Source: Camelus dromedarius
Lineage: Eukaryota
NCBI RefSeq assembly: GCF_036321535.1
Contig: NC_087436.1
Location: 56,422,001-56,486,000 of the forward strand
Direction of reading: 5' to 3'
DNA length: 64,000 nucleotides
Below, in pieces: positions 12,171 to 25,613 of the stretch; position 1 is the first letter of the stretch, and each line of letters starts with the position of its first letter. The notes under the pieces were generated by a model, which was given only the letters and a program-made list of their open reading frames with translations, ran no database searches and was not told the origin of the DNA. The position numbers and the translations under genes are program-made.

Positions 12171-15054
12171 TTCTCCTAAACATTCTCAATTTCTGAAATT
12201 TACCTTTAGCTTTCTGATATACTTGGAGATGATTTTTATACACGGTTTGAGATGAGGTTTTCCCCTTTTCCTGCTGATCTCCAGTGTCCCCTTGGACACA
12301 TATTGCTTTCTTATATTTATGACTCTCTTACATTGCATCAGTCTGTATCTACCCTAGGCCATAACCACACTAATTACTATAGCTATTAAACTGTAAAATC
12401 ATTAATCTGCTCTGTGCTTAACATTTATAAATGCAAGTATTTACAAGTGAAAGGATAACAATATTGATGTTTGTATCCTTGGGTTTGTGAATCACAAAAC
12501 CCAGAATAAAATCTGTCAGTTATTACCTATTAGATGATTAGTATTTCATGTAGGTATAAGAATGCCTCTTTCTTTTTAATCCCTAGACCATTCTGATTAT
12601 TTTGTAAATAAGGTGATGATTCACTGAAAGCTAGAGGAATAATAAACAAATAATCTAGACTATGAAGTCAAACACTATAGAACTTTTTTTGGAGGGTGGG
12701 TAATTTTGCTCCATGTATCTTATGAGTATGAATAGATGATACGAAATCCTCAGATCTTTAAAACTCTTTAAATAGCAAATACAGGAATCAAAAGAAAGTC
12801 TCAGAACAAAAGACCAAGTATTCTCATTCAGTCTGCAAAATCACAGTGCAGCTTCACAGTTACTGAGGAAACAGTCAATGGAGAGGTAGAAAAATTAGGA
12901 TAAACATTACAGAAACTTTACCTGGCAAAGACATGTCATCAATTATTCTAAAACATTCTACAGCAACTGCTCAAAATCACAGGACCCAACGTGTTAATCT
13001 AAAGGGTCTTTGTACAAGCGATATCCTACAATGGGAAGGAACAATGACCTCGCAACTTTATTAGCATTAAGAAATCAATCTGTAGTGCTGTTCAAGCTCA
13101 GTCTTAAGGTGTAAAGCTGCGAGTCATGTTCCTCGTTTGCAGTCAGAGCTACTCAGGATATTTTACAAGTAACCTCTTTAGCTTAACATTTGCAGGAAAT
13201 CTTAAGAGAAAACGGGAAGGATGCTCCATTTTTCAAGGCAGGATGTAATTTTTTTTTTCTGAGAAAATAACTCAAATGTGTTCCTAACGTTGACTTCGTC
13301 CCATCTCAGATGGTGGGGTGCTGTGGCTCAGAACAAGCTGTGTGTAAACTGCATTCCCATGAGCACTAAGTTATGACAGCCTAAACGTGACTGGATATAC
13401 AGCACTTTTTACCATCTAGTGCATATTATAACAAATGAGAAAATCAATGCAGAAGTTACCAGCTCTGAGCTTTGGTCATACACTGGAATATTTATTTGTG
13501 GTGGTGGTGGTGGTGTTTTTATAATCTGCCTCTTAAATAAAATGTTCATATAGCAAAGACTTGTACTTCCTAAACATTCAGCCTAAATAGCAATCCTAAA
13601 GTCAGATTTAAATGCCATTCTTAAAAGAACAAGAACAGAAACTCTAGAATCCCAAGTTCCGGTTCTGCCACTAGAGGTAACAGTGAGACTTCACATACCT
13701 AGTCACCTAACAGCTGGATGCCTCTGTTCTCACAAAAAGTGAGGAAACACAAGTAAATCATTAAAACAAACCAGGTCTTTCTCAAACAGGAGTGTAGGTG
13801 CCTGTAGCATTTACTTCTACTGGGCTTCCTGACTTTATGCTGCGTAGATGCTTGTTTACATAACGGCACTTTATTTTCTGTTAAACAAAACCTTCAGCTC
13901 CATCATCCCACACACAAACTACTTCCGTCCTTACTTGAAAGGAAATTCCTTTTCAAGGTTCACAGTACATTAGAGACAGCTGCATTACTGAGCTTCCTCC
14001 AAAAACTGTAAAAAGCTGCAGATGGAGCCCATGCATGACAGGGATCGTGGAACCAGACAATCCCCAGCACTTAGACTGCCCCTTTTCTTACCCTCTTTTA
14101 ACATTATATGTTCTAGGGGTGTTGCCGCTTACATTAAGTGGTGTGTGTGTGTTTATTTTAAAGCAAGCCCCTGAGAGAATACAGTCACTTTCTAAAGTGA
14201 CTATCTTGAGGGGTAATTTCCAAAGCAAGATAAGGTAAAAAGTACATTTCCATTTAATGACGTTTCAGCAGTCCCTGCTCTATTAACTTCCAAGGAGGCA
14301 ATCCTCACATCAACCACATGTTCCCTGGGTGTGTTTCCATATTGCCCTGGAACTCCTAAGTGTTTGTCTGGAAAACTTAATTCTGGACTCAGAACCACTA
14401 AAACAAGAATACTAAACTAAGTAAGAATTCTGGCATATAACTTTTCCAGCAGAAGCAAAGAAGAGGATTATGACTTGGTTTACTTCAGAATAGTCCCCAA
14501 AACTGCCTACAGAGCCACAAAGACAAACGATTTTCATTGGGAATAACATGCTGAGTGGAACTGGAGGTGGGTTGAGGGCTCAGGTGCATCCCAACAATAG
14601 GGTGCTTTCTGAGGGTAGTTCACAGAGCCAGACCCCAAAAAGACTTTCAAGAGCCTAGCAGATGCCCAGTGAATGTTTGGAGACAGGAATTACTGAATTA
14701 ATGTATCTGAGAAAGAGATGGGAAATTTGGGATTCATATTTGTTTCACTCACCCAGAAATCCTTCACTTCATATTTTGATTGTTTCAAGTAAATTAAGAT
14801 TTAAGATCCCTTCTTCATTATTAGGGGCAATATTTTAATAATGCTAGGACAACTGTTTTATTAAACAATAGGTCACACTAATGTCATATTTTATGAAAGG
14901 ACATCTAAGCTAGGTATGTGAGTAAGTTACTTTCAAAACAAATTTTGACAATTCCTATTAAATACACATTAATAAAATAGTTTCTTAGTCAGAAAAGGAG
15001 GGTTACAGGTTTTGTCTGCAGGTAAAAAATGAACTGAAATTTATGAACTCTAAT

Positions 15055-15228
15055 CCAGTGTGTGCTAAATCCCTTGGGGTAGCTTAATCAACTGCAGCCT
15101 TCTGAGCTCAGCTCCCAAATATTTGGTTTAGCAGATTTAGGATGGGGTATGGAAAACTGCATCTTTAAAATGACCTACAGTGATTCTGATGCAGGAAATA
15201 CACTGAACTATGTTGTGAGGAAAACTGC
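15055..15228. mobile_element. MER5-like hAT-Charlie MITE
   Basis: cagatttaggatggggtatggaaaactgcatctttaaaa...gtgattctgatgcag. Confidence 0.65.
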
Positions 15229-16609
15229 AGATTTCTCACTTCTCAGATGGATCAATGCTGATTGCACCTTGCTTGTCGAATGATTCCTACATTCCTACTC
15301 AACAGCCATCGCAACAAGCCCTCACTTAGCCAGGGCTCACAGCAACATCTGCAGCAGACCCTCCAGTCCCTCTAGTCAAGCTAGAAAGAAGCGGAAAATC
15401 ACCTGATCCTGAATTCAGGTCTCTTCTGCCACACTGCACCAAGCTGCCACAAAGAAAACACACTGGCCAACTGCTATATTATTGTTGGCAAGCACCGAAA
15501 TTTGCTCAAAACCTTTACAAATGAAACCCAGCTGCTTAAGCTCAATACCAGATGTCTTCTACAATGTGTGGCTTTGATAGATTAAATTGAGCATAAGAAA
15601 GAGATGAAATATATGAAAATCTAATTTGCAAGATGTTTGTCATTAAGTCTGTTTAACAAAAAATGACAGAAAATTATATATTTTACTATAAGAGGTTAAG
15701 TAAGGTAGATTAATAATATTCATAAGAACTACTAAAATGCATGTTATGAATAAACTCTTTAGTGTATATATGTAAAATCCAGCCCAAAAACAATCTCCAG
15801 AAATGCCCATTGAAAGAATGTCTTATGTCTGTGAAATCATGTGATTTAGTGTGAGGGTCCTTTTCCTTTAAACCCATTCCCCAATTTGAACACGTTTTCA
15901 CTCAGGGCATAGGAAATTAAGCAGGAAATATTTAGTGATATTCTCTGATTTCAATAACTGTAATAACCTTATGAAAACATACATATAAGAAACATATGTG
16001 TGTGGATATGTGTAATATGCATATGAAAGTATAGAAGTAAAAAGGCAATTTGTTTAGTAACCTCAATTAAGTGGCATCTACCCTTCTTCTGTTACCATGT
16101 CACAATGGAACTCTTCTGTTGTTTTCCAGGTCATTGCACAGTTCTCAATAACTTCAGCTGATTTCAGAGCCTAAGGTGAACTCAGAGAGCCACTCAAATA
16201 TTCCTCCATGAGCTGCTGCACATTTCTTTGCTTAAATGAGCTAATAGTTCATGGGTAAATACAGCGTATTACTCTTACAACATTAACCTTCTTATTTTTT
16301 CAAAATAGAACATAAAAAGACTTTGTAAAGGAATTTGAAAACAGCAAGCAATTGAGTATATTAACTCTAACCAAGACAAATATTCGGTTGAGATTTGGCC
16401 TCATAAATAAGTGCATAATCATTAAAAGTATACACAATTACAATTGACAGGTTATTATTTTATCAGATTTGATAAATATTTTCTTAGTTTTCTTTTAGAG
16501 AGGAACCAAAATAAAGCTAAACACTTTAGCAGAGACATAGTTTGATCATGAATATTTCTACAAACATAATAACAGAAAGATAATTTCATGCAAAGTTTGC
16601 AAAACAAAC

Positions 16610-16645
16610 CTGACCTCAAATTTTCTGAAGCCGTATGTTATCGGC
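16610..16645 (-). CDS. 36-nt frame-preserving cassette exon (phase 2-2), encodes x-PITYGFRKFEV-(S/R)
   Basis: Acceptor ttctgttttcctttcactgtaaactatcccaag|GCCG, donor GTCAG|gtttgt; only the phase-2 frame is open; TGCATG (RBFOX element) at 16587-16592 just downstream. Confidence 0.6.
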
Positions 16646-17353
16646 CTTGGGATAGTTTACAGTGAAAGGAAAACAGAAATAACCAGAAAAAAATGTTAAG
16701 ATGCCTTGTTATATTAAATTGCCTCACACTTAGCTGATAGCTTATCAATGCAGGTCCTGTATCACAGAAGTTCCACAGCTGATGCAAAACTGATGTTAAG
16801 TCCCTGTTTCCTTACATGTAAAACTCCCATTAAAACTGTGAAGATACCACGATGAAAATGGCGCATTATGTCCCCACGTTATGACCACAAGATACTGTCA
16901 GGCCGTAAAAACCTATGCAACAAAGTCAGTTTTCTGCATGTGCTCATGAGGTTTTTAAAAAATGAATTAGACATGTACATTCATTCTCCTCTGGATTCCA
17001 AAAGGGATCAAAAGCATAGTTTCAGACATTTAAGTTCCCAGAATCTGATCAAACAAAAGACATATGCTACTAGCAACAAACTTGTGTCCTGTTTAGGGAT
17101 CACAACACAAAATTTATGAGATGTTTTGCGTGAGACAAAGGTTTACAACTACCGTTTTAATAAAGGAGTGAAAGTTATATGTAATAATCTGATAGAATTA
17201 AAGTCTGCCAAGTGGTTACACTCCTTGTTTCATATATTATTTTTGCCACTACTCTGATATTGTGAATTTCTACAGCATCTCTTTTTAAAGAAAAAAAATC
17301 ATATACCTTCATTTACTATTAAAATAATTCTGTAGAAACTCCGGAAATATATT

Positions 17354-17816
17354 GCCAAAGAATAAAATAATGCCATTTGAGCAATGTGGATGGACCTGGA
17401 GACTGTCTTACTAAATGAAGTAAGCCAGAAAGTAACAGAAAAATACCATATGATATCACTTATATATGGAATCTAAAAAAAAAAAAAAAAAAAAAAGACA
17501 CAAATTAACTTATTTATAAAACAGAAACAGACTCACAGACATAAAAATCAAACCTATGGTTACCAGGGGTAAAGAAGGGCTGGAGGGATAAATTGGGAGT
17601 TACAGATTTGCAGATACTAACTAGTGCATATAAAATAGATAAAAAATAAGGTCCTACTGTATAGTACAGGGAACTATATTCAATATTTTTAATAACTTAT
17701 AATGAAAAAGAATATGAAAAGATATATATGTATAACTGAAACACTATGCTGTACACCAGGAATTAACACAACATTGCAAACCAACTATACTTCAATTAAA
17801 AATTTTTTTAAAAAAA
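17354..17816 (+). mobile_element. Young 5'-truncated L1 3' end (cetartiodactyl-type 3' UTR)
   Basis: tggatggacctggaga...aaataccatatgatatcactt..tggaatctaaaa...acagaaacagactcacagacata...caactatacttcaattaaaaa; probable TSD gaaatatatt (17344) / gaaatacatt (17817). Confidence 0.9.
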
Positions 17817-18324
17817 GAAATACATTATCATAACTTTTGATAGTAACATTTCCTGGACATCAAAGTTCAAGTAAAAAAGAAGTATTAGTGTTTTGTTTTT
17901 ATGACTTTTGAAATATATAGCTAATAATTTCCTTATTAGCCAATAGGAATTCATTATAAGCAAAGAGGTAGTGGAAGTATTCATATTGCTATTATAAATG
18001 ACAGTAGCAGCTACATGGGTTGCTTTTGACTATCAATCTAATCCCAAACTTCTTACAGGAAAAACCTCCCCTGCCCACAATGTCTATTATTGCCTTGTGG
18101 CCATCTTGATATTGGGTGACTACACACCCCACCTGAGGTACATTTGATTATTTTTAGGGTCAGCAGCCAATCAAATTCTCTCTCCAAAAAATTAAAAATA
18201 AGAAACAGTGAAACTTTTATCAGTTAAGTCTGGAGAGGTAAGCCGAAAAGGTCTTGGAATATCAGGAAATGCAGACACTATTTTGGATCATATGCAAAAT
18301 AATGAGTATGTCTAGGGAGGTAGA

Positions 18325-18810
18325 CTCCTTTATATGCCCAGCACTGTAGCATGCACTGGGGATTCAGCAGTAAACAAAGTAGATGTGTTTTTTTTCCTTT
18401 AAGAAGCTGAGCTTCCAGCAGGAGAGTGAGATGTACTATGGTACATTATGATATGTACAATAAAAGAGAATAAAACTTACAGTGAGGGGTTGCATCAAGG
18501 GCACCTCATTTAATTTGAATTGTTAAGGAAAACTTAACTTAGGGACATTTAAGCAAATGGATAATCAGAATAGAAAAGCAAAGAACTTTCTAGGCTGTGG
18601 AAACAGCATATGTGAGACACCTGAGGAGAGAGACGGTTTGGATCATTTTGGAAGGAAAGGCCTTTGTGGCTGTTGAGTGGTGAGGTGAGCTGCAAAGGGA
18701 GGAGGGGGCTCGCTGACACCCAGCTGTGCAGGCCGTAGGAAGGTGTGGGTTTTACCCTAATGCAAGGAGTGTCCACTAAAGACTGGTAAACAGAAAGAAG
18801 GGAAGACACA
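18325..18810 (-). mobile_element. L2 LINE 3' region
   Basis: tatgcccagcactgtagcatgcactggggattcagcagtaaacaaa... followed by purine-rich antisense L2 body. Confidence 0.75.
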
Positions 18811-19187
18811 TGGAGGAAAGGAGGAGGAGAAAGAAGAAGGAGAGTAGGACCCTTACAGACACAGATGAGTGGGAGCTCAGGTCCCCTGGCCTCTGGGTCC
18901 CAAGAGGCCTGCTTCCTTCAGCTTCTCTCTACGTCTCCGTTCAACGTCTTTTATCTACTTAAGTTTCCGTTCTTTTGTCCAAAATATCAATACTAATAAT
19001 GTGATTTTATACGAATAGTTCACTAATTATGGAAGGACTGTGACAGAGATGCTATCAAACTAAGAAACCAGTTAACCCAAAAGCCACGGCTTCTCCAGTG
19101 TTAAAAGAAAAGTGGCGGGGCCTAGAAATAAGAATTAGGTTACTCTGAGCCCACAGTCACAAGATTATCCTTAGACACTTTAATATG

Positions 19188-19188
<1 letters not shown>

Positions 19189-19222
<34 letters not shown>
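19189..19222. repeat. (CA)n microsatellite
   Basis: About 17 uninterrupted AC units. Confidence 0.95.
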
Positions 19223-19225
<3 letters not shown>

Positions 19226-21078
19226 TCCATTAAGAAGGATAGAGTAACTATTTTACAGATGGAGTAAAGTATAATAATCAAGACCAAAAGAGTCCATCAG
19301 GACTTAAAATGTAGCATAAAAAAGCCTGATAGATGATTTAGCTGATTTTAACTGTCAGCACTTTGTCTCACTTAGATTTGTCCAATGTCCTGTATGAACT
19401 CTAAAAATAGATATGCACTTGAAAAGTTAGGGGAAAACCATATTCATTAATTTGTTCCTGGCAGTTCTAAGTCAATACAGATTTGTAAAATGTTACTTCA
19501 GATTCAACTGGCTCACAAAGACCAAAAAACAAAAAAAAGAAAGAAAGAAAGAAAACTAATTTGAATTCCTCTGATCTTTCTAATACTATTATTCTTCCAG
19601 AAGCCTTCAAGTATTCATAATTTAAAGACTAAAATGATGCATGCACAGACATATATATATATGTGTATTTATATGTATGTGTGTGTATATATATGACATA
19701 TATATTGCCACCACTATATATTTAAAGAAGATAACATCTCATAAAGAAAGGTAAAACCAAATAATTTTGAGTTTGCAGTTAGTGGTTATGTGAATGTCTA
19801 TTTTCCAATCTATTCTGCAGAATTTAAGTTGAGAACTATAATTTAGCCACTTTCCTCCCAGGTAAATTACCAGAGAGATCAAATTTCTTACATCTGTGAT
19901 GCTTACCACAACATCCAGTTTCTGCCAATTAAAAGCCCAACATTAATTGTTGGAAGTGCCACATAATAGCTGTAATAGAAAACATTTTAAACACACAACC
20001 ACATTTATACATTTAACAGCTGTGTTGGTCTAACAGTTCAGATTTTCACTATATTCTGCCATATGGTAACAAGGATCATTTTTCACTTAAAAATACTACC
20101 AAAAATTAATGCCCTATAGCAATACTACCATTCTAATTTTCAAACTACACATTCAGAGCCATGTTTATCCTCTGGCTGTACATTACCTATCTGCCTTAAT
20201 TCTACTTAAAATATTTAGTAACATAGATTTTTTAAAAATTTTGTATTAGTGTCAACCAGATCAAACACAAATATTACAACAGGAAACCTATGGGATATGA
20301 CCTGACAATGAAGAGGCAGGATATAAAATCTGGGTTATATAAAACTGTAGGGCCATGGAGACTGGGACCCATTTTTGTTCATTGGGTTTGGGGTTTTTTT
20401 CTGTATTTCAGAAGAGCTGCTTCCAACTTCCTATCTCACCTTTTTTTCCCTGTAACTCTTTATGATGAGAATTAGTCCTAAACTAAAGACAAAATGTTGG
20501 CTACTAATTTTTATTTTAATCTGATTGCTATAATAATCTATTACCATGATTTTATGGGGGGGGTGTGGAACCGTAGAAATTTTCATGTATACATTTAACA
20601 GAAAACTAAATAAAACATTTCACCTTTTTAAAGAGCAGAACATGAGGCCCATCCATGTCAGGAAGGGCATATTGTTGTCACCACTGTGTTATAACAACAA
20701 ACAGAAAGAGTCCTTTAGTTTTTATGTCTGTCAATCTATCACCTTTATAACCTCACTAAATTCCTTCGGGAGAACTTAAGAGGAAGGGTAGTGACCAAAA
20801 TGATGCCTTCATACTGTTTACACATCGCACTATACTCATTATGACTGCCTGTAATTCTCCGCTGTCTTCTGAGAATAAAGGAGCAGGGCAGTATAAACAG
20901 CTCAATCTTTAAAATAATACATTTCAAACAGAAATGAACACTATAGATTTTCCCCACTGCAGGTCATATTCTCACTTTTAGAAGGCAATTCCACATTTCA
21001 TGATTCCTAACTTTAAAAAATGCGTTTCTGAAGCCATCACAATGTGCCAAGATAAAAAACACAAAGTTCAAAACTTAC

Positions 21079-21260
21079 CGAGATGTACCCTTGCTTCCTT
21101 TTTCCTAAGCCTGTGCCTCCTCAAGTAAGACATTTCAGATAAGATGGAAGCAGTGATAAGACTCAGGCTGATGGACCAACCCCCACCCAGGTTGCCCCAG
21201 CCACTCTGTGCCCTGTGGGAAGAGCTCCCCTTCCCATTCATCGGGACTTTGCAGGGCTTC
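21079..21260 (-). other. Putative alternative first exon (5' end undefined); short ORF MSYLRRHRLRKKEARVHL from ATG 21133 ends in phase 1
   Basis: Donor CTCG|gtaagt; locally GC-richer non-repeat sequence with a CACCC box; no convincing acceptor. Confidence 0.45.
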
Positions 21261-21874
21261 ATACCATTTAAGGTAGAATTGGAGTATTGCACATATTCCT
21301 TCCATAGAACTTTTAGGTTTCCATCTATTTAAATACCTACATATTTTTTTATTAGCCTGAAGCTCAAACTCTCCAAATGTAGCAAGTTGTCACTTTGAAA
21401 CATATGGACTTTAAATAAGTATTTAAGGTCTCAGAACATTAATCTTGGCTTTGTCATTTACTTCAGAAGTCTTGACCACTTCACTTGTCTGTGCTTCATA
21501 TTTACCTGTCTCTGTGATCTTCATTCTCACGGAAGTACATGCAAAATTAATGATCATAAAGCATTACAGTTGTCAATGAATATGTAACTTCAATAGTCAA
21601 AGCTGCTTAGTCCTGGTTGAGCTCATAGTCCCTGTCTACAGTACATTCTGTTTGCATCCAGGCAAAATCATAAAAACCATGAAACTTTTTTTTAAGGTTA
21701 CAGGTAGAGAAATTCCTCAAAAAAAAAGTTAAAATTTCAATGGTGACAGGCAGGGAATATAAATTGTGATTCAGTATGTCAATCACACTAAGATGAGCTG
21801 TGGGGTTCTTTTAAAATCATGTCTCAGTTTACACTTCCAGATTGTCTCCTACTCCAATATAAATTAACATTATT

Positions 21875-22135
21875 AATAATGATACTAATAATAGCAAATC
21901 CTCAGACAATACTAAGCACCTGACACTATTCTAAGTGCTTTATGTGTATTTACTCATTTAGTAAGCAAATCAATCCTATGGTTACGTATTACTATTATAC
22001 CCAATTTACAGTTGAGAAAATCAAGGCACCAATAAGAAACCTCATCTGAGTTTACACATCTAGTAAGCAGCAGAGCTAAGACTCAAGCCCAGGCATTTTG
22101 GGTCCAGAGTTCATACTCTTAACCACTATGTTATA
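21875..22135 (-). mobile_element. MIR SINE (near full length)
   Basis: actattctaagtgctttatgtgtatttactcattta...ccaatttacagttgagaaaatcaaggca...ccagagttcatactcttaaccact. Confidence 0.9.
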
Positions 22136-23660
22136 GAATAAGTTAGTAAACACACACAGACCCACACAGGCACTCACATGAAAGGGCTCTGGACAGGGAA
22201 TTAAAAAGGCTGTTTTCCAGAAGAAAGCAAGGAAATGTCCCTGGGCTTCAACCTTCCCACTGGAAAAGCAAGACAACTACATAATACTATTTTAAGGGGT
22301 ATTCTAATCCTATCATTTATGATTCAAAGATACAGTCTGCAGCATACAGCCCCTTTACTTTTGATTGACTTAACTCAATAATTAAACAAAGTATTCATAT
22401 ATTTCAAGGAAAATGCTAAAAGAGAAGGAAAAATTACCCTCAGGCAATCAAGAAATAGTAGTAGCATGAATAGAGGAATAAGGACTTCACCTCATATATA
22501 TCATGCTTTGAGTTCCCTGCAACATTCTTAATTCCCTTGAGGTCTTTTTACCTCTTCTAGAAGGTACCAAATTATAACAATTCTTGGAAAGTAAACTAGT
22601 AAACCAGGTAAATGAACTACTAATTGTTCCTTCATTATCAATACACAAAACTTCTTTGAGTTACACTTTTCTATGCTAGAAATTAAAAGCATTTTTTCAT
22701 GGAGCCAAGCCACACAATATTTAAATAGTGTCACAGAAAACTTTGAGATTATGAAAACAATCTTGTAGGTGCCAATCGGAAACACATGCCCATCGGTAAT
22801 ACATGCTTCTCAAGTAAACAGTATTGCCAAATTGGTTGTATAAAATGCATTCACAAGTATATAAGGTTGAACTGTAAATGCATTTCGATCTCATACATAT
22901 TCTCTTTGTCACCTGGCTTAATTTTATGAAACTGTTACTTTCTTATTTCCAATCTCGTGACTCGTTGCAAATCACTGTCACAGATAGCTGTTTCATATTC
23001 ATTAAGTTATCTTTATCTTAACTTGAAAACAGTTTACCTACTTTTATAATTATTCTTATTTAAAATAATTCTTAAAAATTGCTATCCTTTTGTCAACTTT
23101 ATACAAGAATAATTCTTCGGGATAAAATGATCACTAAGCAAGCCCCTGTTCTTAAATGTGGATAAACATCTGACACATATTCACAAATTATAATTATTGC
23201 CATTATAAAACTAGAGATTTACTCAACGCATCCATATAAAAATTGCAATGAACTTCGAAGTTAATTAGCTAACCTATAAAGAAACTAACAAATTCAAATT
23301 AAAATGATCAAAACAAAGTTTATTAGAATTGTTATTTTCTTAAATTCTTCACATGTGAACTATCACAGTATGCTGACAATCAACTTCATACTCAAAGTTC
23401 CAAACTGGACTGCATTTAAATCTTAATTGCTAGAGAAAACAGAAACTTTGCATCCATTTTAAACAATTCTAGTACACAATCTAGAAAGCTTTGCTGAAAC
23501 AGAGAAAGCAGTAGTTACAGAGCAGTTGGAGGATGGGAGTTGGAAGTGTTTAGCCACTGAACTTCTGCCCTGAACTTTCCCTTCTGTGATAAAAACCGCG
23601 AAACCAGACAGCAACGGAGCCCCCTGTCAGCACTGTACTGTGGGGCACTTATCTTCTTAC

Positions 23661-24120
23661 CCCGCGTGTGCATGGACAGAAGAATGAGCAAGGAAATGTG
23701 AAGCTGCCAGTTTACTTCTTCCAGCCAACCTACTGCAGCCGGAGAGCAGTCAATGTGACCCGCCTGTTTAAGCCTCCTGTTTCTTGCCTTTCCTTCTTTC
23801 ACTGAGACTCCTCTGCTGCCACTCTTGTCAGAGCTTCAGGCTAGCCTGCCAACAAGCCCTAGACAGGACCGTGAAAGACAAGCCTGTTACAAACTGGTTC
23901 TGTCACCACAGAGACTTCAACTGATCACCTCGTGGGGAGGACAACAAAGGGCAGTGAGGACCCCAAGCCGGATTGTTTTCTTAAGAAAGGAGCCTGACCC
24001 AGCTGCCCACACAAGGGCCAGCACAGGCGGGACTTTGCTCTGGACTGGCCACGCCAAAGCCCCCACACCTCCCGGGCAGCTGCGGGGGGGTTCCAAAGCA
24101 ACACACACCTACACTTTGCT
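23661..24120 (-). promoter_or_regulatory. Putative internal promoter and alternative first exon (donor at 23661)
   Basis: Donor ATGCACACGCGGG|gtaaga; repeat-free, GC- and CpG-enriched island relative to the AT-rich flanks; KLF-like ccccacacc and E-box cagctg. Confidence 0.45.
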
Positions 24121-25131
24121 GTCATGCAATTGCTCATTTCTTTCGTCAAAGCTTTTTTCTCTGCTAGGGATTGTAACTGTTTGGGAATTGTAGAAAGACA
24201 AAGAGAAATAAAATTTTTCTTTGATAAAACGACAGAAACACGTCACGGTGTCATGTTACAGCAATTTTCTCACTACATCAAAATTTAAAGAATGAGGCAA
24301 ATGCCTCTAAGTCATGTGCACAGATACAAAAAAAGGGTCACATGTAAAAAGCATCTTTAATGAGTACTTCAAGTTAAAATATTTCAGTTAAGCTACTCAC
24401 TAATTTGAAATGACTATAGTTTGAAGTTTCTTATATAGAATAAAGAGTACTGTGACCTAACAAATTCGATTATGTAATTAAAACCAAGGTAAGTTATTCA
24501 ATTTTTTGAGATATTAACTGTAACTGTGCCTCAATGTAAACTATGAACATTTTGTAAAATTTCAATTTTCCATGATATTGTGAGTGACCTTTTTCAACAC
24601 TAAAAGAACTTTCTCAAGGACTATTTGTATTCTTTTATTCTGGGAACTGTCAATCATAAAAGAAATGTGTAGAAACTACAGTATCACCAGAGACAAACAG
24701 AAGTAATGAAACCTAGTCGGTTTGCACGATAAAGAAGTTATGATTATGAGAACAGAGACATAGTTCCATGCTTATATCTAAGATAGCATCAGAATGTGTT
24801 TACCTGAAGTTTTAAGAATATTTTTTTTTGGAAAAAAAAATCTCTGCCATCTTCTCATTTTTGGAAGACACCCCGACTTCTCTAAACACACCAGCACCTC
24901 CCAGAACTACCTTCCTAGGTGCCATTCAAACCTATTCTCTTGCTTCGAGTAGATCAACAGTTGCTCTTTAGGATTTAATGACTACTACTATCACTCCCAC
25001 ATCCTCAAGTCTCAGTTTCATGAGATGGAATTTAATAGAAATGCAGTATTTTTAATCACACAGAAAATTATGGCGTATTTTAAGCTTAAGAGACTACATA
25101 TTTTGCATTTCACAGAATCCGTGCAACTTAC

Positions 25132-25203
25132 TTGTCAGGAAAATCTGTTCGGGGGTAGTAAATGAGATAGTCTTTCAGTATCATTTATCCACATCCCTTT
25201 TAG
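25132..25203 (-). CDS. 72-nt alternative exon; ATG 25184 gives MILKDYLIYYPRTDFPD ending in phase 2; overlapping uORF from ATG 25194
   Basis: Acceptor tcaatctctcttcttag|CTAA, donor GACAA|gtaagt; splices in frame onto the 36-nt exon. Confidence 0.6.
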
Positions 25204-25613
25204 CTAAGAAGAGAGATTGAGGCATATTAAATGAATACGGGGTGATCAGGAACAGAGGGGCAGTACGAGGGAAAAGCAGACAAGAATTAAGCAGTAGACT
25301 CTCTTGTTCAAACCTTCTATATTCGGCTCAAAGCCACATCACAACATGGTTCCACTGCTAATTTGGAACCTAGCCTTGAGCTCTGGGATGAGGAGTGAAC
25401 GGCTGAAATGTGGGACAGCTCCCACTGCTCACATTTCCCCAGTATGGGCATCCGTAAATGGTGCAAAGCATGAAGAGAGAAGAGTTGCTCTCTCCCTAGA
25501 ATCCTAATTCAGTTCAAAACAATCCATATCAGCAACCATTTCTGATTCTATATTACATGCTTGCTAGCTGAAGTAAATGCACTCAGGAAGTTTACAATAC
25601 CACAGAAGAAGTT

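Noticed and set aside
13660..13690. CTCF-like gccactagaggtaac
   Set aside because: Lacks the GGC 3' core and lies in a degraded MIR-like tract
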